Shown here in pieces: positions 1 to 8,603 of a stretch of DNA of 64,000 nucleotides. A model generated the notes under the pieces. That model was not told the DNA's origin. It did not search any database and worked only from the letters and a program-made list of their open reading frames with translations. Both the position numbers and the translations under genes were made by a program. Positions within the stretch are counted from its first letter, which is position 1; each line of letters begins with the position of its first letter. The DNA comes from Halobacteroidaceae bacterium (GTDB taxonomy: Bacteria; Bacillota; Halanaerobiia; B1SED10-174): positions 4,598 to 68,597 of the forward strand of contig PUNE01000022.1 in NCBI GenBank assembly GCA_003551665.1, given 5' to 3'.

Positions 1-615
1 CCTTTCGGGCAGTTTCTCGGGGTCCTCTTTTCCTTTTTCCAGTTTTGCCCTGTAATTTTCGGCTTTTACAAGTGTCTCTCGTAAGAGAGCGGCCGATGCC
101 ATCCTGGTTATGGGTGATTTTTTGGGCCCCATAACCCCATAAACCCTTTTGGGGTTTTCGCCGAGAGCGGCCTTCATTCCAGCAGGATTTCGGACTATCA
201 TCTCTTCAATGGTTTTCCCGGCAGTTTTTACAACAACTGTTTCTCCTCCGATTACGTTTGCACTTCCCGGTCCGGTCATTATGGTAGTAACCCCCCCGGA
301 ACGTGCACTTTTGAAGCCACCATCCTCGGGAAGAATTCCATCTATAGCCCTGAGATGGGGAGTTATCGGCTCAGAAATTTCATTGTAATCCTGTCCTTCC
401 CACCCCACACCAACTTCTCCAATTCCCACATGGGAATGAGCATCAATAAACCCCGGGGTTATTATTTTTCCTTCCAGATCAATTTCCTCTGCTCCTTCTG
501 GAACATTGCCCTCCTTTAAAACATCCACAATTTTTCCATCTTCAACTAGCAATAGACCTGATTCAAATACATCCCCTTTTCCATTCATAATCCTGGCATT
601 CTTAAATACTTGCAT
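1..615 (-). CDS. amidohydrolase-family protein (5' part; 3' end runs off the window)
   Basis: My own minus-strand translation from ATG 615 (SD AGGAGGAGGG at 621-630): MQVFKNARIMNGKGDVFESGLLLVEDGKIVDV...IITPGFIDAHSHVGIGE... PGFIDAHSH is the metal-binding signature of the amidohydrolase superfamily. Absent from the ORF track because there is no stop inside the window. Confidence 0.75.
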   Translation of the reverse strand, partial: MQVFKNARIMNGKGDVFESGLLLVEDGKIVDVLKEGNVPEGAEEIDLEGKIITPGFIDAHSHVGIGEVGVGWEGQDYNEISEPITPHLRAIDGILPEDGGFKSARSGGVTTIMTGPGSANVIGGETVVVKTAGKTIEEMIVRNPAGMKAALGENPKRVYGVMGPKKSPITRMASAALLRETLVKAENYRAKLEKGKEDPEKLPER

Positions 616-628
616 GTAAACCCTCCTC

Positions 629-1909
629 CTACCTTTTGGAATAGTTTTTTTGCATTTTAGAAAGCAAACAGGATGCGATAAAAATTAAAAGCCAGCGAAC
701 TGGTTTCCCTGCTTCGGGAAACTTCCTGAAAATTGCTTTGATAGCGGGACCAACTCTATAATAGATGTAAATTAAAACACGCCCCGCTGGTTTTTTTGAG
801 AGATAGTGTCTGCGCCAGAACTTTAAGGTTTCAATATAAAGCCTGTCGCCAGGACTGGTTAAAACCTCACCTGCTAAAAAGCAGGGACCGAACCGTGGCT
901 GGCTTTCTTCCTCTTCCAACGGTAAATAAGGCAAACCAAGCTGGCGGTAATATTTGAAAATTGCAGGATAGTACCTGCGAAGATAAATCGCTGTAGACAT
1001 TGCCTCCTGGGGTTTTATACTGTTTTGGGTTAAATCCCCGGTTAGCTTTTCCATAAACACAAGCCTATTTAACCTACCAAGAATGAAATCAATTATTTCC
1101 CTGGGTAACTCAGGATCATTCCTCAGTGATTGGGCTTCTCCTCGGGCAGCCTGAGCCAGTTCCTTCCCGCTCCAGAAGGAAAGCTCTTCAATTGCAGGTA
1201 AAATTAAATTCAGACGTTGTCGGTTAACAGCCATGAGCATCTGGTTGTAAACATCAGGAAGCTCCAGTGGCACTCTAGAATCCCTATCCGATTTTGATAT
1301 TTGCCCTGCGGGAATCTGACCTTCCAGTAGATAATTCAGAAGATTTCTCAAAGCCAGAAACCTTGCTGCTGAAACCCTGTTCAGCAAACCAATATCTGCA
1401 GAGTTTAAGTACTTTTGTAATCCCAAAAAGCCTTTATGATCCAGGTTATTTGCAAGGACTCTTAGTTCCGCCCTATTGTCAATAGTTTCCCGGAGTAGTC
1501 GCGAAAACTGGCTTTGTAACAAATCCCGTTCTCTTTTTAACCCTTCTTTTTCCAGGAAAGCCCTTATTCCCTTCTCCAGGATACCTTTCCCTTTAGACCT
1601 GGCCAGCTGACCTGCTTCAAGCAATAATTCTGCAGACAGGAGTTGGTTTTTTCCCAGGCTGGGGACCCAGGGGTCTTTTGGGTTTTGATCAAGGGAAAGA
1701 ACAAGTAGCAACACCTCTATCCTGGTTCGCAGTCGGTTAGAGTAGCGGGTCAGATTCCGCCCCTGCAATTCCTGGAAAAGCTGGGCGGAAGACATTTTAT
1801 ACAGGTTCTTTTCCTGCAAACCCATTTTCTTTAATAAATCGGTCCAGAATGGATTGGGACCTTTATTATTCCCGGCTTCAGCTCCGGGTATGCCATTTAC
1901 TCTTTCCAT
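629..1909 (-). CDS. hypothetical protein, helical, C-terminal membrane anchor
   Basis: 426-aa ORF, Leu/Arg-rich and apparently all-helical, with a single C-terminal hydrophobic stretch (VRWLLIFIASCLL). I recognise no motif. It ends about 10 nt before the amidohydrolase gene on the same strand. Confidence 0.55.
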   Translation of the reverse strand: MERVNGIPGAEAGNNKGPNPFWTDLLKKMGLQEKNLYKMSSAQLFQELQGRNLTRYSNRLRTRIEVLLLVLSLDQNPKDPWVPSLGKNQLLSAELLLEAGQLARSKGKGILEKGIRAFLEKEGLKRERDLLQSQFSRLLRETIDNRAELRVLANNLDHKGFLGLQKYLNSADIGLLNRVSAARFLALRNLLNYLLEGQIPAGQISKSDRDSRVPLELPDVYNQMLMAVNRQRLNLILPAIEELSFWSGKELAQAARGEAQSLRNDPELPREIIDFILGRLNRLVFMEKLTGDLTQNSIKPQEAMSTAIYLRRYYPAIFKYYRQLGLPYLPLEEEESQPRFGPCFLAGEVLTSPGDRLYIETLKFWRRHYLSKKPAGRVLIYIYYRVGPAIKAIFRKFPEAGKPVRWLLIFIASCLLSKMQKNYSKR

Positions 1910-1933
1910 ATCCTTACCTTCCTATTTTGAACC

Positions 1934-2212
1934 CTAGAATTTAACCTCAAATGAGGAAAATTCTCCCTCGGCCTCACCCCACTCCACCTGAACATTGGTC
2001 ACCCGGGCCATAAATGGGCCTTCATTTAGGTGATTCTCAAATTTCTTTAAATCTTCCTTTTCTCCCTCAGCATAAACTCCAACATCACCGTCGGGAAGAT
2101 TTTGCACATAACCAACAAGGTCTAATCGTTGGGCCTTTTCCATTACAAAATGACGGAAGCCCACACCCTGGACCCGGCCCTGGATTCTTGCTTCCATGGC
2201 CACTTCTGCCAT
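1934..2212 (-). CDS. acyP: acylphosphatase
   Basis: Internal ATG at 2212 gives 92 aa: MAEVAMEARIQGRVQGVGFRHFV...GYVQNLPDGDVGVYAEGEKEDL... VxGxVQGVGFR plus GxVxNxxDGxV are the acylphosphatase signatures. The longer track ORF (to 2332) adds a non-homologous N-terminus. Confidence 0.85.
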   Translation of the reverse strand: MAEVAMEARIQGRVQGVGFRHFVMEKAQRLDLVGYVQNLPDGDVGVYAEGEKEDLKKFENHLNEGPFMARVTNVQVEWGEAEGEFSSFEVKF

Positions 2213-2284
2213 TCTCTGTTCCCCCTTTCTTTCTCGACCAGGCTTTATATCCTTTAAGTCCGGTGAAAAAATTTTCTTTTCTTC

Positions 2285-2314
2285 TTGACATTCACCGCCC
2301 GCATCCTTTATAAT
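2285..2314 (+). promoter_or_regulatory. sigma-A type promoter, TTGACA-N18-TATAAT, plus strand
   Basis: ttgaca at 2285-2290 and tataat at 2309-2314. Both hexamers are perfect consensus and point away from acyP, towards the korB 3' end. Confidence 0.5.
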
Positions 2315-2320
2315 GTTAAA

Positions 2321-2439
2321 AGAATAACACAATAAAGCCCTCCGGTGCTTTCCCCCGGTTGGTTATCCCTCCTCCCAACCTCCGGAGATCGGCCTTTTTG
2401 TTCGATGGCCCCGTTTTTATCGGGGCCGTCTTCGTTTTA
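2321..2439 (+). ncRNA. candidate small RNA (unclassified) with C-rich anti-SD loops and its own terminator
   Basis: Lies downstream of the 2285-2314 promoter with no SD-preceded ORF. Hairpin 2340-2387 has apical loop UUAUCCCUCCUC. Terminator hairpin GATGGCCCCG/CGGGGCCGTC (2404-2430) is followed by TTCGTTTT on the plus strand only. Confidence 0.4.
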
Positions 2440-3291
2440 CTTAAAATTTTCCAGCACTTCCGGCCAGCAGTAGATTCTTTCCCGGGGGTCGAATACCTCT
2501 TCCCGGGATAATTCGGGAAAATCCCCGGCAAATACATTTCGTTCCTGGCGGAAAAAAATACCCAGGGGGATCCTGTCTCCCCACTCCTGTGCTCTTCTAA
2601 CTGCCTGCTCCCAGTTGCCTTTTTCATGGTCTTCTTCAAGGTAGTATACCCTGTCTTTATACCATTTAAAGGTGTTAATTTTATTGAAAGTAACACAGGG
2701 TTGCAGAATATCCAGGAAAGCAAACCCCTTATGCTGGATGGCCTCTTTCATCATTTCCTGGAGGTGTTTTCTGTCCCCTGCAAAAGAACGGGCAACAAAA
2801 CTTGCACCTCCTGCAAGAGCAACAAGCAGGGGGTTAAGAGGAAGATTGGAGACCCCCTTAACCTGAACCCCGGTTTTCATTCCCAGTTCTGAAGTGGGGG
2901 AGGCCTGGCCTTTTGTTAACCCATAAACCTGGTTATTGTGGACAAATAATGCCAGGTCCGGATTTCGTCTGAAAGCATGCAAAAAGTGGTTGCCTCCTTC
3001 ACCGTATATGTCACCATCCCCGGATTCAACTATTACCTTTAGGTCCTTACGTACTGCTGCTAAAGCTGTACCAACGGGAAGGGCTCTCCCGTGAAGACCG
3101 TTAAACCCGTTAATTTTCAAATAATGGGGCATTTTTGCTGCCTGGCCAATTCCGCTGGAAATAACTACCTGGTGGGGTTCAAGGTCAAGGTCCGCAAGAG
3201 CACCCTGCAGAGTTGCATGGATAGAAAAATTACCACACCCAGGGCACCAGGCAATTTCTTCGTTATTTTGAAACTCCTTCTTTTCAACCAC
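2437..3291 (-). CDS. korB: 2-oxoacid:ferredoxin oxidoreductase, beta (TPP-binding) subunit
   Basis: 284 aa. N-terminal CPGCGNFSI motif and the TPP loop ESGDGDIYGEGGNHFLHA are typical of KorB/OorB-type beta subunits. Overlaps the alpha gene by 8 nt. Confidence 0.9.
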   Translation of the reverse strand: MVEKKEFQNNEEIAWCPGCGNFSIHATLQGALADLDLEPHQVVISSGIGQAAKMPHYLKINGFNGLHGRALPVGTALAAVRKDLKVIVESGDGDIYGEGGNHFLHAFRRNPDLALFVHNNQVYGLTKGQASPTSELGMKTGVQVKGVSNLPLNPLLVALAGGASFVARSFAGDRKHLQEMMKEAIQHKGFAFLDILQPCVTFNKINTFKWYKDRVYYLEEDHEKGNWEQAVRRAQEWGDRIPLGIFFRQERNVFAGDFPELSREEVFDPRERIYCWPEVLENFK

Positions 3292-4981
3292 GAGGTCCCA
3301 CCTCCTCTTTAATGCGCCGTTTTATTTCATCCCCGGTAAATGGCCGTCCATCATATTTCCTGATGAAAACCTCTGGGCTCCCAGTTCCATTTTGTTTTAA
3401 CAACGAACCCAGTTGGCCAGAATAATTGTTTTCAATTAAAATCCAGGGTTTTGTCTGGAGAGTTTTTTCCCAGTTTCCCCCTGGAAGAGGCCAGATGTCC
3501 TGGAAAGAATAGTGGCCGAGCTTAAATCCATCTTCCTCGAGAGCTTTCCGTCCTTCTTCCACCGGTCCATAATTGGCTCCCCAACTGACCAGAATAAAAT
3601 CAGCGTTTTGGGGATCAGGACCCTCATAAAGGGGAGGTTCCATCTCTTCCTTTATGGTCTCCATCCGCTTCATTCTTTTTTCAACCATTTTGGACCGGGT
3701 CTCGGAATCTTCAATAATATTTCCTGCTTGATTATGCTCATCACTATCAGCCAGAACTACCTCCCCTTTTTCCCCTGGTATCAGCCTGGGGGAAATTCCA
3801 TCCTCGGTAAATTTATAACGAAGATAGGGAGTTTCTTCTTCGTGGGTTTTTATCAGTTTTCCTCGATCAATCTTTACTTTCTCCGGGTCAAATTCCATGA
3901 CAGTCTGCTCAGAATCCCCCAAAAACTGGTCGCTCAGGATAATCACCGGTAACTGGTACCTATCTGCAAGGTTTAAAGCCCTGATCGTTTGATAAAAGGC
4001 TTCAGATACTCCCCTGGGAGCAAGAACTATTCTTGGAAATTCACCCTGAGCAGCGTGGATGACAAACCCCAGGTCTCCCTGTTCTGTCCTTGTAGGCAAC
4101 CCCGTTGCTGGCCCGGGCCGCTGGGCATTTAGAATAACCAGGGGGGTTTCTGTTATGCCTGCCAGCCCCACCCCTTCAACCATCAGGGAAAAACCTCCCC
4201 CTGAGGTTCCCGTCATAGCCCGAACCCCTCCAAAAGAAGCTCCCAGAGCCATATTAATAGCAGCAATTTCGTCCTCGGCCTGTTCAACCAGGATATTAAA
4301 CCTTTCTCCCTGGGAAGCAAGGAAATTCAAAACCCCTGTTGAGGGGGTCATGGGATAAGCAGAGTAAAACTGAACACCTCCAACCAGCGCTCCTAAGCCT
4401 ATTGCATCATTTCCGCTAATTAATTTTGTACCTTTCAAACCTTTTCCTTCACTGACTGAAAAGATTGGTTCTCCTTCTGCATAACCCCAATCAAGGCCCT
4501 GAAGATTTTTTTCCAGAATCTCACCTGAAAATTTTTCCTCAAGGACTTTCTTAAACTGCTTGAGGTCTAATCCCAGCATTTTATGGATTAAACCCAGGGC
4601 AATTACTCCACCAATTCGACGGTCCCCAATTTCCTCAGCCTTCTTTTTCAGAGAAATTCCTTTCTTTTTGGGCCCCTGACCCTCTGGCGAAAAATCGTCC
4701 TGGTCAAATACGACAATACCCTCATCTCCAAGTGTATTCCTGTGGATTTCCCAGGTTTCTTCATTTAATGCAAGCAAAATGTCAACCTTTTCCGTGCCAC
4801 TCTGCTGGGGTTCGGGGCTAAAACGGACGTCAGAATAATTATGTCCTCCCCTGATCCTTGACATGTAATCCTTAGAGGTAAAAACATGGTATCCCAATCG
4901 AAGAAGAGACTTGGCCAGCAGGGTCCCAATGGTATTCATTCCCTGTCCGGCTTCTCCACCTACCCGAATATTAAACATCAC
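3284..4981 (-). CDS. korA: 2-oxoacid:ferredoxin oxidoreductase, fused gamma-alpha subunit
   Basis: 565 aa. N-terminal gamma-type domain (IRVGGEAGQGMNTIG) followed by the alpha domain (FYSAYPMTPST, GTSGGGFSLM). Confidence 0.9.
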   Translation of the reverse strand: MMFNIRVGGEAGQGMNTIGTLLAKSLLRLGYHVFTSKDYMSRIRGGHNYSDVRFSPEPQQSGTEKVDILLALNEETWEIHRNTLGDEGIVVFDQDDFSPEGQGPKKKGISLKKKAEEIGDRRIGGVIALGLIHKMLGLDLKQFKKVLEEKFSGEILEKNLQGLDWGYAEGEPIFSVSEGKGLKGTKLISGNDAIGLGALVGGVQFYSAYPMTPSTGVLNFLASQGERFNILVEQAEDEIAAINMALGASFGGVRAMTGTSGGGFSLMVEGVGLAGITETPLVILNAQRPGPATGLPTRTEQGDLGFVIHAAQGEFPRIVLAPRGVSEAFYQTIRALNLADRYQLPVIILSDQFLGDSEQTVMEFDPEKVKIDRGKLIKTHEEETPYLRYKFTEDGISPRLIPGEKGEVVLADSDEHNQAGNIIEDSETRSKMVEKRMKRMETIKEEMEPPLYEGPDPQNADFILVSWGANYGPVEEGRKALEEDGFKLGHYSFQDIWPLPGGNWEKTLQTKPWILIENNYSGQLGSLLKQNGTGSPEVFIRKYDGRPFTGDEIKRRIKEEVGPRG

Positions 4982-4997
4982 TGTTTCACCCCACTTC

Positions 4998-7181
4998 CTA
5001 TTTTTTTTCTTTGGGCAGAACCATTGTCAGCCCAATCCTTTTTCTTGTAAGGTCAATCCCCTTTACCATAACCTCCACTACATCACCCACAGCAACTATA
5101 TCCAGAGGGTCCCGAACAAACTTCTGACTCATTTCCGAGATATGCACAAGACCATCTTCCTTGACCCCAATATCCACAAAAGCCCCAAAGTCAACCACAT
5201 TTCTCACCGTTCCCTTTAAAACCATGCCTTCTTCCAGATCTTCAATGGACAGGACATTGGTTCGGAAAATTGGTTTGGGAAGATCTTCCCGGGGATCTCG
5301 ACCCGGACGGGAAAGAGCGTCAAGAATATCTCTTAACGTGGGCAACCCGGTATTTAACTGGTCAACAAAATCAGCGGGGTTAATTCCCTTTAGCTCCTCC
5401 CTTAACTTCTGAATCTCTTCCTTATCCTCCAGGGTCTGAGAGTTGAAACCCAGTTTTTGCAGGAGGCCTTCCGCTACAGAATAGGATTCCGGGTGAATGG
5501 GTGTTCTGGCCAGGGGATCCCGGGAGCTGTAAATCCGGAGGAACCCCGCAGCCTGCTGGAAGGTCTTTTCTCCAAAACCCTTTACCGATAATAAATCCTG
5601 TCTGGTGTAAAAAACCCCGTCCTTTTCCCTGGCTTCAACTACCGCATTGGCAACCCTGCTGTTCATTCCTGAAACATATCGCAGTAAGGCCGGAGAAGCA
5701 GTATTAAGATCAACCCCTACGTGATTAACACAGGTTTCAACTACCTGCTCCAGTTTTTCCTTCAGCTTTGAACCCGTTACATCATGCTGGTACATACCCA
5801 CCCCAAGGGATTTTGGATCAATCTTTACAAGTTCAGCAAGGGGATCCTGCAGCCTGCGAGCAATAGAAACAGCTCCCCGCATGGAAACATCCATTCCCGG
5901 GAGTTCCTTTTTGGCCAGAGGAGACGCGGAATAGACACTGGCACCCGCCTCATCAACAACAATATATTTAATCTCTCTGTTGGTCTCTTCGATAACCTCG
6001 ACAGCAAGCTTTTCGGTTTCCCGGCAGGCAGTCCCATTTCCAATTGCTATAATGTCTATCTCATGCGTTTCAACCATATCAAGAAGAAGTCGCAGAGCCA
6101 GTTCCCATTTGTTCTGTGGAGCATGAGGATAAATGGTCTCCGTGGCAAGGACACGCCCGGTTTCATCAACCACCGCTACCTTGGAACCTGTACGGAAAGC
6201 GGGATCCACCCCCATTATTTTCGCACCACTTACAGGAGGCTGTAATAAAAGTTTTTTCAGGTTAGAAGCAAATATTGTTATGGCATGCTCCTCAGCCCTA
6301 TCCCAGATATCATTTCTGATTTCTCTTTCCACAGCAGGCTGGATTAATCTTTTATAACCGTCCTCAATGGCTTCTTGGATCTGTCCTAACCCAAAAAATT
6401 CCCGGTTTTTAATAAATTTTCTTTCCAGCAACCCGATTATTTCTTCCTGGGGTACTTCCAGGTTAACCTTTAAATACTCTTCCCTTTCCCCCCGGTTTAG
6501 AGCAAGTATTCTGTGGGGGGGTAATTTTTTAACAGGCTCCCGGTAGTCGTAGTACATTTCATAGGGAGAATTCTCCTCAGTCTGCCCCCTGGAAACAATA
6601 ACTCCTTTATTCCAGCTGGCCTTCCGAACCAAGGCCCGGGCCTCCGGATCATCGGACACCCATTCGGCAATAATATCTCGGGCTCCCTCCCAAACCTGAG
6701 AGGTTTGAAGAAGTTCTTTTTCCTCATCCAGGAATTTTTTTGCTTCCAGTTCAGGATTTTCTAAATCCTTCTCCTGGTCATAAATCAGCTGGGCAAGTGG
6801 TTCCAGCCCCTTTTCCTTTGCCTTTGTAGCCCGAGTTCTTCTCTTGGGTCGGAAGGGACGATAAAGATCCTCCAGTTCCTGCATCTTGGTAGCCTGTTTA
6901 ATTTTTTCTTCCAGTTCTGGAGTTAATTTTTCCTGTTCGGAAATAAAACGGATAATTTCTTCCTTGCGTTGCATTAAATTCCGGAGATAATTGAGCCGTT
7001 CTTCCACTTCTCGCAGGACTTCTTCGTCAAGACCTCCCGTGGCCTCTTTCCGGTATCGGGAAATAAAAGGAATTGTGTTTCCCCCGTCAAGAAGTTCCAC
7101 TGTCCGGCGAACCTGGTCCTGCCCCAGACCCAGTTCTTGGCTGATAATTTTTACGATTTGCTGTCCATCCATAACCTTCAA
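4998..7181 (-). CDS. tex: Tex-like transcription accessory protein (S1 RNA-binding)
   Basis: 727 aa. N-terminal TIPFISRYRKEATGGLDE, central YqgF/HhH region, C-terminal S1 domain GTVRNVVDFGAFVDIGVKEDGLVHISEMS. Confidence 0.9.
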   Translation of the reverse strand: MKVMDGQQIVKIISQELGLGQDQVRRTVELLDGGNTIPFISRYRKEATGGLDEEVLREVEERLNYLRNLMQRKEEIIRFISEQEKLTPELEEKIKQATKMQELEDLYRPFRPKRRTRATKAKEKGLEPLAQLIYDQEKDLENPELEAKKFLDEEKELLQTSQVWEGARDIIAEWVSDDPEARALVRKASWNKGVIVSRGQTEENSPYEMYYDYREPVKKLPPHRILALNRGEREEYLKVNLEVPQEEIIGLLERKFIKNREFFGLGQIQEAIEDGYKRLIQPAVEREIRNDIWDRAEEHAITIFASNLKKLLLQPPVSGAKIMGVDPAFRTGSKVAVVDETGRVLATETIYPHAPQNKWELALRLLLDMVETHEIDIIAIGNGTACRETEKLAVEVIEETNREIKYIVVDEAGASVYSASPLAKKELPGMDVSMRGAVSIARRLQDPLAELVKIDPKSLGVGMYQHDVTGSKLKEKLEQVVETCVNHVGVDLNTASPALLRYVSGMNSRVANAVVEAREKDGVFYTRQDLLSVKGFGEKTFQQAAGFLRIYSSRDPLARTPIHPESYSVAEGLLQKLGFNSQTLEDKEEIQKLREELKGINPADFVDQLNTGLPTLRDILDALSRPGRDPREDLPKPIFRTNVLSIEDLEEGMVLKGTVRNVVDFGAFVDIGVKEDGLVHISEMSQKFVRDPLDIVAVGDVVEVMVKGIDLTRKRIGLTMVLPKEKK

Positions 7182-7205
7182 TAACCTCCTCCAAAACTTT
7201 CCTGC

Positions 7206-8591
7206 TTAATTTTTGTCATTAAAAAGTTTAAAAAAGCCAATATCCATGTTCAGGGTCGTTTCTTCCACCTCAATTTCCCGGAAAGACCAACAGGTAACCC
7301 CTTTATTGTATAAAACAAAACGGTACTTTCCAGGTGCAATTCCCTCTTTCCGGAAGGAACCACCTTCGCCAACATCCAGCCTGTAAAAATCAAGGTGATT
7401 CTCAACACTGCTGAAAATCAGGGTGCTCCCCTGCAGTTCTTCATCGGAAAAAAAGACCCTGACCTTTCCAGCCAAAGTATATGTTTCCTGCATAGTAAAA
7501 TTATAACCTTCTTCCCGCCCGTTCACCATCTGAAAAGAGGGAAAGAAATCCTTCCCTTTTTCTGGTTCAGGCCGGATTTCTTTTCCAAACTGGAATTTAT
7601 CACCGCTCCGGAAAAAACCATGTTTATCGGTATAAAGGATTGTTGAACCAACTCTCACTTTAATTCCTTCAAGACTTTCCCCGTTTTCTCCTGTTATTCT
7701 ACCGAAAACCTGGAACTTTTTATCCAGCAAAAAACCTTCCAGTCCCGCTACTATCTGAGCAATGATTATTTCATTCTCAAGAAGTTCCTGATGGTTGGCT
7801 CCTTCGACGGGAGGGAAATTATGGGCTTTCTCCAGGAAGGAACTGTAATTAGGCACGATCCCATCTCCAGGGATTTGCAGGGAGGATATTAATTGATAAT
7901 AGGCTTCCCCTAAATACGCTAAAAGGTTGCGGTTTGATGACGGATCAAGTTTTCCGGAAAAATTAAAATACCGGTGAGCATAACCCTCTATTTCATTTAA
8001 TTTTTGCAGGTAAATCATTTCATTTTCCGGGTAAAACCCAAATCTTTCCATTAAATCCTCAGTCCCCTGCAAGTCCATTATAGCCTTGCCCAGGGCAATA
8101 TCCTCATTAATAAAGGGCAGGGGAATACCTTTGTGAGGTGTTCCCAGGGTAAAGAGGGCCAGCACATTTTCCCCGCCCCCAAGATAATTAATATAGTGAC
8201 GGGCAATAAGGCCTCCCATGCTGTGAGCAATAATTAACAAATCTTCTTCTGCAAAGGGGGATTTTTCAATCTGGGAAGCAAATTTCTCAGCTAACTCGGG
8301 GATATCATCAAAATAAGGCTGGTAGAGAAAGACCCAGAGCTCCAGCTTCTCGGCCAGCTCCTCCGTCTGGGTAATTGCTCTGGCCATTTTATTCCACCTT
8401 TCAACCGGAAGGGCTCGTAAGAGCTCATCAGTGAAAACCCCGGGACGAAAACCATGCACAAAAATTACCCTGGTGGGCCCTGTTCCTCCTTCCAGTGAGG
8501 TCAATTCCTCCCAGTTGTGAAGCTCCGTTCCTCCAAGAGTCACCGGTGTGAATAAAAAAATTAACACAACTAAAGTCAAAACTGATTTCAC
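7206..8591 (-). CDS. secreted alpha/beta-hydrolase (lipase/PGAP1-like) with C-terminal beta-sandwich repeats
   Basis: 461 aa. Signal peptide (M)KSVLTLVVLIFLFTPVTLGG, nucleophile elbow AHSMGG (GxSxG), and a C-terminal ~170 aa resembling carboxypeptidase-regulatory-type domains (FGRITGENGESLEGIKVRV). GTG start behind GGGGGAGGA. Confidence 0.65.
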   Translation of the reverse strand: MKSVLTLVVLIFLFTPVTLGGTELHNWEELTSLEGGTGPTRVIFVHGFRPGVFTDELLRALPVERWNKMARAITQTEELAEKLELWVFLYQPYFDDIPELAEKFASQIEKSPFAEEDLLIIAHSMGGLIARHYINYLGGGENVLALFTLGTPHKGIPLPFINEDIALGKAIMDLQGTEDLMERFGFYPENEMIYLQKLNEIEGYAHRYFNFSGKLDPSSNRNLLAYLGEAYYQLISSLQIPGDGIVPNYSSFLEKAHNFPPVEGANHQELLENEIIIAQIVAGLEGFLLDKKFQVFGRITGENGESLEGIKVRVGSTILYTDKHGFFRSGDKFQFGKEIRPEPEKGKDFFPSFQMVNGREEGYNFTMQETYTLAGKVRVFFSDEELQGSTLIFSSVENHLDFYRLDVGEGGSFRKEGIAPGKYRFVLYNKGVTCWSFREIEVEETTLNMDIGFFKLFNDKN

Positions 8592-8603
8592 TCTATCCTC
8601 CCC

